This document shows positions 1 to 8,299 of a DNA stretch of 64,000 nucleotides, piece after piece. The stretch spans positions 465,833 through 529,832 of the forward strand of contig CP055308.1 of NCBI GenBank assembly GCA_013374855.1. The letters run 5' to 3'. How positions within the stretch are numbered: position 1 is the first letter of the stretch; every line of letters starts with the position of its first letter. Origin of the DNA: Candidatus Woesebacteria bacterium. GTDB lineage: Bacteria > Patescibacteriota > Microgenomatia > UBA8517. A program made the position numbers and the translations under genes. The notes under the pieces were generated by a model. It worked only from the letters and a program-made list of their open reading frames with translations, did not search any database and was not told the origin of the DNA.

Positions 1-87
1 TTTTGTTAGTCTATTTGCTTTTTTAATAGTTAATATTCTTTCCATGGAGTAATTTTACTATAGGAAGATGTCTTTGTAAATTAGTGG

Positions 88-291
88 TCAATTATTTTCT
101 GAGTTTTTACCTGCTCTTTGGGCAAGTGAAAGAAGGTTTTTTAGTACTTTTAGATTTCCTTCACTAACAGGTTCACCTTTTTTGAGAAGTCTTTCGGTGT
201 TTGCCACAGCACCTTTTAGAGATTCAACTCCACCTTCTTGTTGTGCTAGATCCTCAGCTCTTTTTATGTATTGTTCTATTCTTCTTTCCAT
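88..291 (-). CDS. small hypothetical protein (67 aa), charged/helical
   Basis: Intact ORF with no recognisable motif; sits at the window edge upstream of xseA on the opposite strand. Confidence 0.35.
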   Translation of the reverse strand: MERRIEQYIKRAEDLAQQEGGVESLKGAVANTERLLKKGEPVSEGNLKVLKNLLSLAQRAGKNSENN

Positions 292-336
292 ATCCTCTTG
301 TATATTCTATAATCTTTTTACCTTTAGGCAAGTGGT

Positions 337-1584
337 ATGGAAAAAATATTTAAAGTTAGTGAGTTTAATGAGTTCATTAATCTTTATTTAGGGAAAATTG
401 GGGAAGTTGTTATTGAAGGTGAAATTGGAGAAATAAAGATAAGAGACAATAAATGGATTTTTGCCAAAGTTAAAGATGAGACTTCAAGTGTTGATGTTTT
501 TGCAATAACTTATCAAATTTCCGGTTACAGTGTTTTAGAACCGGGGATGCTTGTTCACATTTATGGAATTCCTCGTCTTTACCAAAAAACAGGCAGATTT
601 TCGGTCTTTGCTAGCAAGATCGTGCCGGCAGGTGAGGGATCTCTAAGGCTTGCTTTTGAAAAGCTAAAAGAAAAACTTGAAGCAGAGGGTTTGTTTGATC
701 TGTCGCGAAAGAGGAAAATTATTGATTTTCCAGAGCGAATAGGCTTGATTACAGCTTCTGGTTCGGCGGCGTATGGGGATTTTTTAAAAGTGTTGCGAGA
801 AAGAATGGGGGGTATAAAAATTTATTTTTACCCAGTTATGGTTCAAGGAAAGGAATCGGTTGATTCTATAGTTTCTGCTTTTGAGTATTTTAATTCAAGA
901 ATGCCAGATCTTGATGCTTTGGTCTTGGTTCGTGGTGGTGGTTCTTTAGAGGATTTGCAGTCTTTTAATGATGAGAAAATGGCACGGGCGATTTTTTCAA
1001 GTAAAATTCCTGTTGTTTGTGGCGTTGGCCATGAACAGGATTTGACCATTGCGGATTTGGTTGCTGATCTTCGGGCTTCCACGCCATCAAACGCAGCAGA
1101 GCTTTTGGTGAAAAAAAGAGAAGATGTGGCAAAAGATGTTAAAAGCAAAGTCAAGTCGATTAAATATTCGCTTTCCAAAAAAGTTTATTATTTTGATGCC
1201 GAATTAAGGCGAAAGATTTTTTCTCTTGACAGAGTTGTTTCTTGGCAAATTAGCTTGGCGGAAAGAAAAATTCAGATTATTGGCCATTTTTTTGATTTAT
1301 CAGGAGAGAGAGTGGTTAGTTTTTATAAAGAAACTGACTATCTTTCTCAACGGCTTGCCAATTTTTTACATTTACAGCTTGAGAGAACAAATGACAGGGT
1401 TAGAAATATTGAAAAGTATATTTTGAGTTTTGATGTCGATAAGGTTTTGTCGCGTGGTTTTAGTTTAACTTATGATAAGGATGGACAAATTATAAGATCA
1501 GCATTGCAAGTAAAACCCAAAGATCTAATTACAACGGGTTTTTTTGATGGTAAAATAAAATCAGAAGTGAAAGGAATTTTATGA
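337..1584 (+). CDS. xseA: exodeoxyribonuclease VII large subunit
   Basis: 415 aa with an N-terminal OB-fold-like region, the central GIPRLYQKTG and VRGGGSLEDL motifs typical of XseA, and a coiled C-terminus. Overlaps xseB by 4 bp (ATGA). Confidence 0.9.
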   Translation: MEKIFKVSEFNEFINLYLGKIGEVVIEGEIGEIKIRDNKWIFAKVKDETSSVDVFAITYQISGYSVLEPGMLVHIYGIPRLYQKTGRFSVFASKIVPAGEGSLRLAFEKLKEKLEAEGLFDLSRKRKIIDFPERIGLITASGSAAYGDFLKVLRERMGGIKIYFYPVMVQGKESVDSIVSAFEYFNSRMPDLDALVLVRGGGSLEDLQSFNDEKMARAIFSSKIPVVCGVGHEQDLTIADLVADLRASTPSNAAELLVKKREDVAKDVKSKVKSIKYSLSKKVYYFDAELRRKIFSLDRVVSWQISLAERKIQIIGHFFDLSGERVVSFYKETDYLSQRLANFLHLQLERTNDRVRNIEKYILSFDVDKVLSRGFSLTYDKDGQIIRSALQVKPKDLITTGFFDGKIKSEVKGIL

Positions 1585-1841
1585 AAAACAAAAAAACTTC
1601 GCTTCAGGCAGATTTTGAAGAGTTAACAGCACTGGCGGAGGAGTTTGAGTCAGGTAAGCTTGATTTGGAGGAGAGTATTCCAAAGTTTAAAAGGGGGTTG
1701 GAGCTTGCCAGAAGAATAAAAAAAAGACTTTCACAGATTGAAAATGAAATAAAGGAGATAAAGTCGGAGTTCAAGGATCTAGATGAAGAATCTGAATTGG
1801 TTGAAGTTGAGCCAAATGGCGATGAAGATTTTACGTCTTGA
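1581..1841 (+). CDS. xseB: exodeoxyribonuclease VII small subunit
   Basis: 86-aa helical acidic protein immediately downstream of and overlapping xseA; N-terminal FEELTALAEEFESGKLDLEESI is typical of XseB. Confidence 0.85.
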   Translation: MKNKKTSLQADFEELTALAEEFESGKLDLEESIPKFKRGLELARRIKKRLSQIENEIKEIKSEFKDLDEESELVEVEPNGDEDFTS

Positions 1842-1871
1842 TTTTTTTGCCTTGTATATTAACATAGAATT

Positions 1872-2657
1872 ATGGAAGAAAATAATTCTGCTTTATCTTC
1901 AAAGTCTTCACAATATAGTGGCTTTTTAACAAAATTTCTTTTAGCTATTTTTCTTGTAGCTGTTGCTTTGGGTTCTTTTTACTTTTTTCCTTGGAAAGAT
2001 ATTAAATGGGGAAAGGTTGAATTATCTCCGTCTCAAACTATTACTGTAGTTGGTACAGCTAAAACAAGAGAAAAAAATCGGATAGCTACATTTTCTGTTG
2101 GAGTTTCTTATGTTTCTGATAATAAAGATGAAGCAGTCTCGTTAGTTAATAAAAAAGTTGATGAGATAGTAACCTCATTAATTAAATTTGGTATAGATAA
2201 GTCAGATATTAAAACAGAAAACTTGAGTGTTTATCAGCAGGAGGAGCAGTATTGGGAGGAGGGAAGACAAAAGACTCGTCCTGGTCAGTGGAGAGTGAGT
2301 AATAGTATCTCAATTGTTCTAAGGGATGTTGATAAGGCCTCTGATCTTACAAGTCTTTTAGCCAAAAGCGGGGCGACTAATGTTTATGGTCCGAATTTTT
2401 CTTTAGAAGATACAAAGGAAGCTGAAGCTTCTATTTTAAAGGACGCAATTGATGATGCAAGAAAAAAGGCTGAAGGTATTGCCTCTTCTTTTGGTAGAAA
2501 ATTGGGAGACGTTATTAGTATCTCTGAGACAGGAACTCCTGTGTATTACCCTGTTTATAGAGAGGGTTTGGGTGGTGGCGGTGGAGGCGGGGCACCTGTT
2601 GAGCCGGGTAGCGCGACTGTTTATAAGAGCGTGACGGTAGTTTTTGAATTGGATTAG
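1872..2657 (+). CDS. SIMPL-domain (DUF541) periplasmic protein with N-terminal TM and Gly-rich C-terminal tract
   Basis: Signal anchor followed by the ITVVGTAKTREKNRIATFSVGVS ... NLSVYQQEE pattern characteristic of the SIMPL/26-kDa periplasmic immunogenic protein family. A GGGGGGGAP run is encoded at 2573-2600. Confidence 0.7.
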   Translation: MEENNSALSSKSSQYSGFLTKFLLAIFLVAVALGSFYFFPWKDIKWGKVELSPSQTITVVGTAKTREKNRIATFSVGVSYVSDNKDEAVSLVNKKVDEIVTSLIKFGIDKSDIKTENLSVYQQEEQYWEEGRQKTRPGQWRVSNSISIVLRDVDKASDLTSLLAKSGATNVYGPNFSLEDTKEAEASILKDAIDDARKKAEGIASSFGRKLGDVISISETGTPVYYPVYREGLGGGGGGGAPVEPGSATVYKSVTVVFELD

Positions 2658-2664
2658 TTATTTA

Positions 2665-3083
2665 TTATTCTAAAATTCTGTTTTTCTGGAGAGTTTCTAA
2701 TAATTTTTTCATCTTTGATTCTTTTTCGACTGCTTCTTTAATTTGTCTTTTGTACTTTGCAAAAAAATTTTTTACCTCTCCAACGGCATTTATTTTTTCT
2801 ATCTCATCTGGAGAAAACCATCCAATTCCCTGTCCCTCATTTCCCAGCTTTACTCTTTTGTGTTCATTCCCTGACAGTTTGGCAAATTAGATAGCTCGTC
2901 TTGCGTTATCAATTGGTGTTTTGAGAAAACCTAGGAAGTGGTAATTTTCAGGGATTATAGCTATTTCTTCTTTCAGTTCTCTTTCTAAAGCTTGGTTGAA
3001 TGTTTCCCCTTTTTCTACCCTGCCACGGGTATTGTCCATTTATCAGGATCAGGGATGGTTGGTTTATTGTCTCTTTTAATCAT
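2665..3083 (-). pseudogene. Nudix hydrolase, disrupted (frameshift near 3008-3015 plus in-frame TAA at about 2887-2889)
   Basis: Minus-strand translation gives MIKRDNKPTIPDPDKWTIPVAG, then after a 1-nt shift VEKGETFNQALERELKEEIAIIPENYHFLGFLKTPIDNARRAI, a TAA stop, and then FAKLSGNEHKRVKLGNEGQGIGWFSPDEIEKI... The Nudix box (GX5EX7REUXEEXGU) spans the break. No ORF of 60 aa or more survives here in the supplied track. Confidence 0.7.
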
Positions 3084-3166
3084 TAGAATTTTGCCTTTGT
3101 AGAAAATTAAAGCACTGGATGATGCCGGGAGATTGGGTTTTGTATTTCCTTCTTTGGGCACTTTTA

Positions 3167-3772
3167 TTAAAAAAGTCCATGCTGACCTGTTTCTGTTTCT
3201 TTTTCGTAAGAAAAGTTGACTTTTACCTCTTGGATGTTATTCCAGTGATCTTTGAATTTTAAATATCCTTTTTGTAATCCAAAATCATAGATTTTTCTTG
3301 TTATCTCAACATCAGCCTCACAGTATTTTTTAAGAAGAGATAAGCTTCTTGGATCCCCTTTTTGAAAGTAAAGAACAGCGTTTGCACCGTTGTCTGTTTT
3401 GGAAATTCCAAGAGTTTCTTTGGCAATGCTGTCAAGAGATACTCTTTTACCAAAGGAATTTTTGACTTCTTGAAGAATGTCAAAATGGGATAATTTTGGG
3501 AAAAATGGGGGGCTGTATGGCTTCAGGGCTGGTACATCAAAACGGATACTATTGAAACCTATTATTCTCTTTGCATCCAAAAAAAGCGACCACATTTTTT
3601 CAAACTCTTTTTCCCAAAAAGAATACATTTTTCCTTCTATTTCTTTAAAATTTTCGTCAATTGTTCTTTTGTAGAGTGAGACTATAGAAACTCCCAGTTC
3701 TTCTGGTCTTGATGCTCCAGATTCGTCAAAAAACGTTTTAGTCTCAACGTCAAAAAATACTTCTGTGATCAT
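3167..3772 (-). CDS. 3'-5' exonuclease, DnaQ-like DEDDy family
   Basis: FFDVETKT (Exo I), GFNSIRFDVPAL (Exo II) and YCEADVEITRKIYD (Exo III, with Y) motifs. Lies directly upstream of the Nudix pseudogene on the same strand. Confidence 0.65.
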   Translation of the reverse strand: MITEVFFDVETKTFFDESGASRPEELGVSIVSLYKRTIDENFKEIEGKMYSFWEKEFEKMWSLFLDAKRIIGFNSIRFDVPALKPYSPPFFPKLSHFDILQEVKNSFGKRVSLDSIAKETLGISKTDNGANAVLYFQKGDPRSLSLLKKYCEADVEITRKIYDFGLQKGYLKFKDHWNNIQEVKVNFSYEKETETGQHGLF

Positions 3773-3854
3773 AAGGTAGCAGTCATTTTATTCCTTTTTG
3801 TTTTGCTTTTTCAACAGTAATCTCTTTTATCTTGAGTGTGCTAGAATTTAGATT

Positions 3855-4319
3855 GTGAAAAGATCAGCTGGAATTTTGGTTTATAGGAAAAGAAGTGGGT
3901 GTGTAGATGTATTACTTGTTCATCCGGGTGGACCTTTTTGGATAAAGAGAAATGAGGGTGTGTGGAGCATCCCTAAAGGGGAGGTTGAGAAAGGTCAAGA
4001 CCTGCTTGATAATGCCATAAGGGAATTTGAGGAAGAGACGGGATTGGTGATTGAGAATGCTGACAGGAGGAAAATTTTTTATTTGGGGGAAGTTAAGAGT
4101 AAGAATAAAATAGTTTTTGTCTATGCCTTGGAAAAAGATTTTGGGGAGAATTTTATAATTGGGGATAATTTGATTGAAGTTGAGTGGCCTCCAAGATCAG
4201 GTAGAATAGTTAAATTTCCAGAAGTTGATAGAGTTGAATATTTTGATCTTGCCGTGGCTTTTGATAAGCTTGTAGATTATCAAAAGAAGATATTGGAAAT
4301 GCTTAAGAGTTATTGTTAA
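3855..4319 (+). CDS. Nudix hydrolase (intact)
   Basis: Nudix box GEVEKGQDLLDNAIREFEEETGL is present; 154 aa. Confidence 0.85.
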   Translation: MKRSAGILVYRKRSGCVDVLLVHPGGPFWIKRNEGVWSIPKGEVEKGQDLLDNAIREFEEETGLVIENADRRKIFYLGEVKSKNKIVFVYALEKDFGENFIIGDNLIEVEWPPRSGRIVKFPEVDRVEYFDLAVAFDKLVDYQKKILEMLKSYC

Positions 4320-4458
4320 TTAATTGGTTTATTTTTTCTTTCTTCCATCTCTTCTTATATGCTTTTTTTCGCATTCAGGTTTTCTATTAATTTCTACAGG
4401 GCCTGTGCCAGTTGGTGATTTTGGCCTTTCTACCTGTGATTGTGTTCCGTTGTTTTTT

Positions 4459-5655
4459 TTAAATTCGACTGTCATTATCTTTGGCCTGCATATAATACCT
4501 CTTTCCTTTTAATTTGTCAGGAAGGAGTGATTCCTTTGTGTATTTTTGGTACCCTTTCCCGTAGCCAATTTTCTTCATAAGACTTGTTACAGGGTTTCTT
4601 ATCTTAAGAGGTATTGGTAGGTTTCCATATTTTCGCACGTCATCTAAAGCTTTCATATATGCTTCGTATGCAGACCTGTCCTTCTTAGCAGTTGCAAGGT
4701 ATACGGTTGCGGCAGCCAAGTTTTCTTGGCATTCAGGTAGCCCCACCTTATCACAGGCATCAAAAGCTGCGTTTGCTACAACTATTGCTGTTGGACTTGC
4801 CACATCTTCTGCGGCAAACACAATCATTCTTCGGGCAATGTACAGAGGGTCTTGTCCTGATTCAATCATTCTGGCAAGGTAATAAAGAGAGGCATCGATA
4901 TCGGAGGCTCTCATTGATTTAATATAGGCTGAAATTAGGTTGTAATATTCTTCGCCCCTTTTATCAAAGGAAAGTTGTCTTTTTTGTAAAGCTTTTTCTA
5001 TGTCTTTTGTCGATATTTCTTTTTGGTTGGTAATTGATTTTGCAATTTGCAGAGTATTGAGGAGAACTCGCGCATCACCATTTGAACTTTCAATCAAGAA
5101 AGAAAGCCCTTCTTTTGAGATTTTTGCTTTGAGATAGGATATTCCCTTTAGTGTGATTTTCTCCAATTCTTTTTCTTCAAGTTGTTTGAATAAAAGGACT
5201 TTTGTTCTTGACAGAAGTGGAGAAATGATTTCGAAGGAAGGATTTTCGGTTGTTGCTCCGATTAAAATTATTTTCCCTGTTTCAACATATGGCAAAAGCT
5301 TCGACTGCTGTGATTTATTAAAGCGATGAATTTCGTCAATTACGATAACAGGCGGTCTGCTTTTGGGTGAGGATTCTTTAAAGGTATTTTCAATTTCTTT
5401 GATTGAAGTGGAAACTGCTGAAAACTCAAAATATTCTCTTTTTAAATTTTTAGCAATGATTCTTGCTAGTGTTGTTTTTCCAACTCCCGGCGGTCCCCAG
5501 AAAATAAGTGAGGGAAAATATCCGGATACTCCTGACTTTGCAAGTAGTCTTGGTAATATTCCAATTTTGCTGACAAGATGTTCTTGTCCGACGAAATCCT
5601 CTAGAGATTTTGGTCTTAGAATCTCTGCCAGTGGTTTTATATTCATCTTGAGCAA
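4459..5655 (-). CDS. rarA: replication-associated recombination protein A (AAA+ ATPase, MgsA/WRNIP family)
   Basis: Walker A GPPGVGKTT, Walker B VIVIDEIHRFNKSQQ, sensor/arginine finger and the C-terminal MgsA helical domain (SAYIKSMRASD...YLARM) are all recognisable. Confidence 0.9.
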   Translation of the reverse strand: MLKMNIKPLAEILRPKSLEDFVGQEHLVSKIGILPRLLAKSGVSGYFPSLIFWGPPGVGKTTLARIIAKNLKREYFEFSAVSTSIKEIENTFKESSPKSRPPVIVIDEIHRFNKSQQSKLLPYVETGKIILIGATTENPSFEIISPLLSRTKVLLFKQLEEKELEKITLKGISYLKAKISKEGLSFLIESSNGDARVLLNTLQIAKSITNQKEISTKDIEKALQKRQLSFDKRGEEYYNLISAYIKSMRASDIDASLYYLARMIESGQDPLYIARRMIVFAAEDVASPTAIVVANAAFDACDKVGLPECQENLAAATVYLATAKKDRSAYEAYMKALDDVRKYGNLPIPLKIRNPVTSLMKKIGYGKGYQKYTKESLLPDKLKGKRYYMQAKDNDSRI

Positions 5656-5683
5656 TTATAGAACAAAAGTTAAAATCTACTCA

Positions 5684-6313
5684 GTGGGATTTTTAGAAAA
5701 AGTTTTGGAGACTTCTTACTCTCTACTTAGTGGCGAGATTAGAGTTATTAAATCTTTGGCTTGGGGTACTTTTATTCAAATAGGTGGAATTACTCAATCG
5801 GGTGGTGTTGTAGAGCAGATTTGGAAGGATGTGGTAAAAAAGATAAATGGGGAATTTGACAATATTTTGATTTTAGGTTTTGGTGGAGGGTCTGTAGCAA
5901 AAATTCTTCGTAAGAAATTTAAAGACTCCAAGATTGTTGGTGTTGAGATAGATCCTCTAATGGTAAAGATGGGAAAGAAGTATTTGGGAATGTCAGGAAA
6001 AATAGCAAAGGTTTACACAGATGACGCTTTGAACTGGCTTTTGAGAAACAGGGGTAGAAAGTTTGATTTGATTGTAGTTGATGTATACCAAGGCAAGGTT
6101 TTTCCTAAAAAATTCGAGTCTGACAATTTTTTAAATTTGGCAGCGTCGTTTCTTTCCGAAGAGGGAATTTTAATTTTTAACAGGCTTTATACTTCAGATT
6201 TGGGTGTTCGCAAAAGTGCTTTAAGATTTGGAGAGAAGTTGGAAAAAAAATTCAAGAGGGTGGTTCGTCTTTTTCCATGTGCTAATTTAATTTTTCTCTG
6301 CAGCAAAGCCTAG
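5684..6313 (+). CDS. spermidine-synthase-like (PABS fold) SAM-dependent methyltransferase/aminopropyltransferase family protein
   Basis: ILILGFGGGSVAKIL (glycine-rich SAM loop), IVGVEIDPLMV and DLIVVD motifs. The track ORF starts at 5363 but would overlap rarA by about 290 nt, so an in-frame GTG at 5684 is proposed; the true start is uncertain. Confidence 0.55.
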   Translation: MGFLEKVLETSYSLLSGEIRVIKSLAWGTFIQIGGITQSGGVVEQIWKDVVKKINGEFDNILILGFGGGSVAKILRKKFKDSKIVGVEIDPLMVKMGKKYLGMSGKIAKVYTDDALNWLLRNRGRKFDLIVVDVYQGKVFPKKFESDNFLNLAASFLSEEGILIFNRLYTSDLGVRKSALRFGEKLEKKFKRVVRLFPCANLIFLCSKA

Positions 6314-6699
6314 CGATAGAAACTTTGGCACTCTCCAGTTATTGGATCGCACCGGAAGATTTTTCTTTTGCTTTCTTGTTTCACTTTTCCTGGGATTTTG
6401 TTTTTGAACTCTTTCCACTGAGGAATTTGCCTTTCTACCCAGTTGTCAAATGGTTGAGAGACTAGTGTTATTGAGTAGAATATGGAAAAGAACAAAAGTA
6501 TTGTGCTTAAAGTGTAAATTATTGATTTTTCTCCAAATGCAGTTTTAAGTCCAACGGAAATCAAAATAAGCGGCCAGAATTTAAAAAGAACATTCCATAC
6601 GCTCCACGGCAATATTCCAAAGTTGTTAAGAAGAAGTATTATTCCAACAGCAACAAGAATCAAAGCACCCAAGGTGTCTTTTTCTTGATTCTTATTCAT
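6310..6699 (-). CDS. membrane protein (LiaF/PspC-associated type), hypothetical
   Basis: Three predicted TM helices plus a C-terminal soluble tail with two Cys; overlaps the PspC-domain gene by 4 bp, so probably co-transcribed. Confidence 0.5.
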   Translation of the reverse strand: MNKNQEKDTLGALILVAVGIILLLNNFGILPWSVWNVLFKFWPLILISVGLKTAFGEKSIIYTLSTILLFFSIFYSITLVSQPFDNWVERQIPQWKEFKNKIPGKVKQESKRKIFRCDPITGECQSFYR

Positions 6700-7127
6700 T
6701 TTTTAAAGATTATTCCAAATGCAATAATTATTAAAACCAAAGGCCAGAGTTTAAAGAGTTGTTCGATTCTAAAGATTCCGAAGTTTTCGAGAAGAAAGAG
6801 AACCCCAATCAAGGCAAGCATCAGACCAAGAACATACCTGCCTTCATCTTTTTTGGCATAGTATTTTCCTTTTTCAAGAAGACCTTTTGCTTCTTCTTTG
6901 ATTTCCTCTGCATTTTCCTGAACTGATACCTTTTTACTTTTTTCCGAAGGAATAATAAGCCATAGGATAAGGTATAGGAGAATACCCCCGCCGCCAAAAA
7001 GTGCAATTAACAAAAAAACTATTCTTATTACAGTAGGATCAATATTAAAATATTCTCCCAAGCCAGCACAAACACCACCAATTAGGCGATTTGTTTTTGA
7101 CCTGTAAAGAATTTTTTCTTTTGTCAC
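6696..7127 (-). CDS. PspC-domain membrane protein
   Basis: The LYRSKTNRLIGGVCAGLGEYFNIDPTVIRIVFLLIALFGGGGILLYLILWLIIP segment is a canonical PspC domain. The track ORF runs to 7250 but would overlap the divergent VKOR gene. A GTG at 7127 gives the N-terminus MTKEKILYRSK..., which matches the family and is preferred. Confidence 0.7.
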   Translation of the reverse strand: MTKEKILYRSKTNRLIGGVCAGLGEYFNIDPTVIRIVFLLIALFGGGGILLYLILWLIIPSEKSKKVSVQENAEEIKEEAKGLLEKGKYYAKKDEGRYVLGLMLALIGVLFLLENFGIFRIEQLFKLWPLVLIIIAFGIIFKK

Positions 7128-7188
7128 TATAGCTATTTTATTCTTTTCTTTTTTCTCTTGCAAGGAGTTTGTGTTTTGATAAAATGGT

Positions 7189-7623
7189 GTGATGTTGAAA
7201 GGTAAAAAAACTTGGTTTTTTGCAATAAGTATTTTTTCTTTGGTGGGCATTGCTCTTGCTGCTTATCTTCTTTACAGTTTCTATAATCCAAAACCCTCTT
7301 TGATTTGTGATATAAACGATAGGGTAAATTGCCAAGCAGCGGTTACGGGGTCTCTTGCCACTTTTGCCGGAATTCCTGTTTCTTTGGTTGGTCTTATTGG
7401 CTATGCTTTACTTTTGTTTGCAGGATTGACCTACCGCAGTAAACTTGCTTTTGCGGTAAGCGCTTTGGGGATGATTTTTTGCTTGCGGCTTACTATTTTG
7501 GAATTATTTTTTATTAAAGTTATCTGCCCAATTTGTATTGCCTGCCAAGTTATTATGCTTTTTATCTTTATTATTTCTTCTTTCTTGGTCTTTGGAAATA
7601 GATATAAAGTGTTGGAAAAGTGA
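7189..7623 (+). CDS. vitamin K epoxide reductase (VKOR) family protein
   Basis: Four to five TM helices with a loop Cys pair (LICDINDRVNC) and a CPIC (CxxC) active-site motif in a TM helix. Confidence 0.8.
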   Translation: MMLKGKKTWFFAISIFSLVGIALAAYLLYSFYNPKPSLICDINDRVNCQAAVTGSLATFAGIPVSLVGLIGYALLLFAGLTYRSKLAFAVSALGMIFCLRLTILELFFIKVICPICIACQVIMLFIFIISSFLVFGNRYKVLEK

Positions 7624-7722
7624 AGGGTGTGATGAAAGTAAAATTAGACGAAAAAAAGAGGGGGTTTTGAGATAATAATTAGAGATAGCATCTCTCTACC
7701 CCCTTGTTGATGTTTTTTAGTC

Positions 7723-8082
7723 CTAGCTTTGTGGCTCAACTAGTTTAAGGATTATACTAGCGATATACTCCCCCAAGTTAAAGATCAGGCTAAGTCCCCA
7801 AACAACCCAGAACCAATTTCCGATTGGTTCTGCTGAGGAGAGTTGATCAAATTGCAAACCGATGAAGGTTGCCGAAAAAGCAAAAAAATACAGATATAGT
7901 TCAAGAACTTCTGCTATCTTTTTTCTTCTTGATACCCCGCTAATCATCAAGAAGAGACTAATTGAGAAGGTTATTACCAGTATGATTTGAATACCTAACC
8001 GATTTCCTGCTTGGAAATATATTACTGCCATTATAATGGCCAATACTCCTTGGACTAGGTTGGCAACAGTTCTAATCATCAC
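7723..8082 (-). CDS. small integral membrane protein, hypothetical
   Basis: 119 aa with four hydrophobic helices and no recognisable motif. Confidence 0.45.
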   Translation of the reverse strand: MMIRTVANLVQGVLAIIMAVIYFQAGNRLGIQIILVITFSISLFLMISGVSRRKKIAEVLELYLYFFAFSATFIGLQFDQLSSAEPIGNWFWVVWGLSLIFNLGEYIASIILKLVEPQS

Positions 8083-8299
8083 ACACTCTCCTTTTGTTGG
8101 AAAAAATGTAAAAGAGCTTTAACTCTAATGAGATTATACTATATTGCTACCCTATAGTCAAGAATAAAAAAACTACTTTGATTGTTTGTGTTGTGTAAAA
8201 TTTGTTGGTTGAAATTAAAAATTTTCTGGTTGGTTTAGAAAAAATCTTTGCTTTAATTCACTTTTCTTTTAGTTTAAAATGGGTGTAAACTATTGTTTT

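Noticed and set aside
182-391. 69-aa + strand ORF overlapping the 88..291 minus ORF and the xseA start
   Set aside because: Low-complexity hydrophobic translation that overlaps a better-supported start.
2573-2600. G-rich run ggtggtggcggtggaggcgggg (possible G-quadruplex or repeat)
   Set aside because: It simply encodes a GGGGGGGAP glycine linker inside the SIMPL-domain ORF. There is no tandem repeat structure beyond the codons.
7138-7250. Apparent 62-nt overlap of divergent PspC and VKOR gene 5' ends
   Set aside because: Resolved by using an internal GTG start for PspC at 7127, which gives the canonical PspC N-terminus (MTKEKILYRSK...). There is no real overlap.
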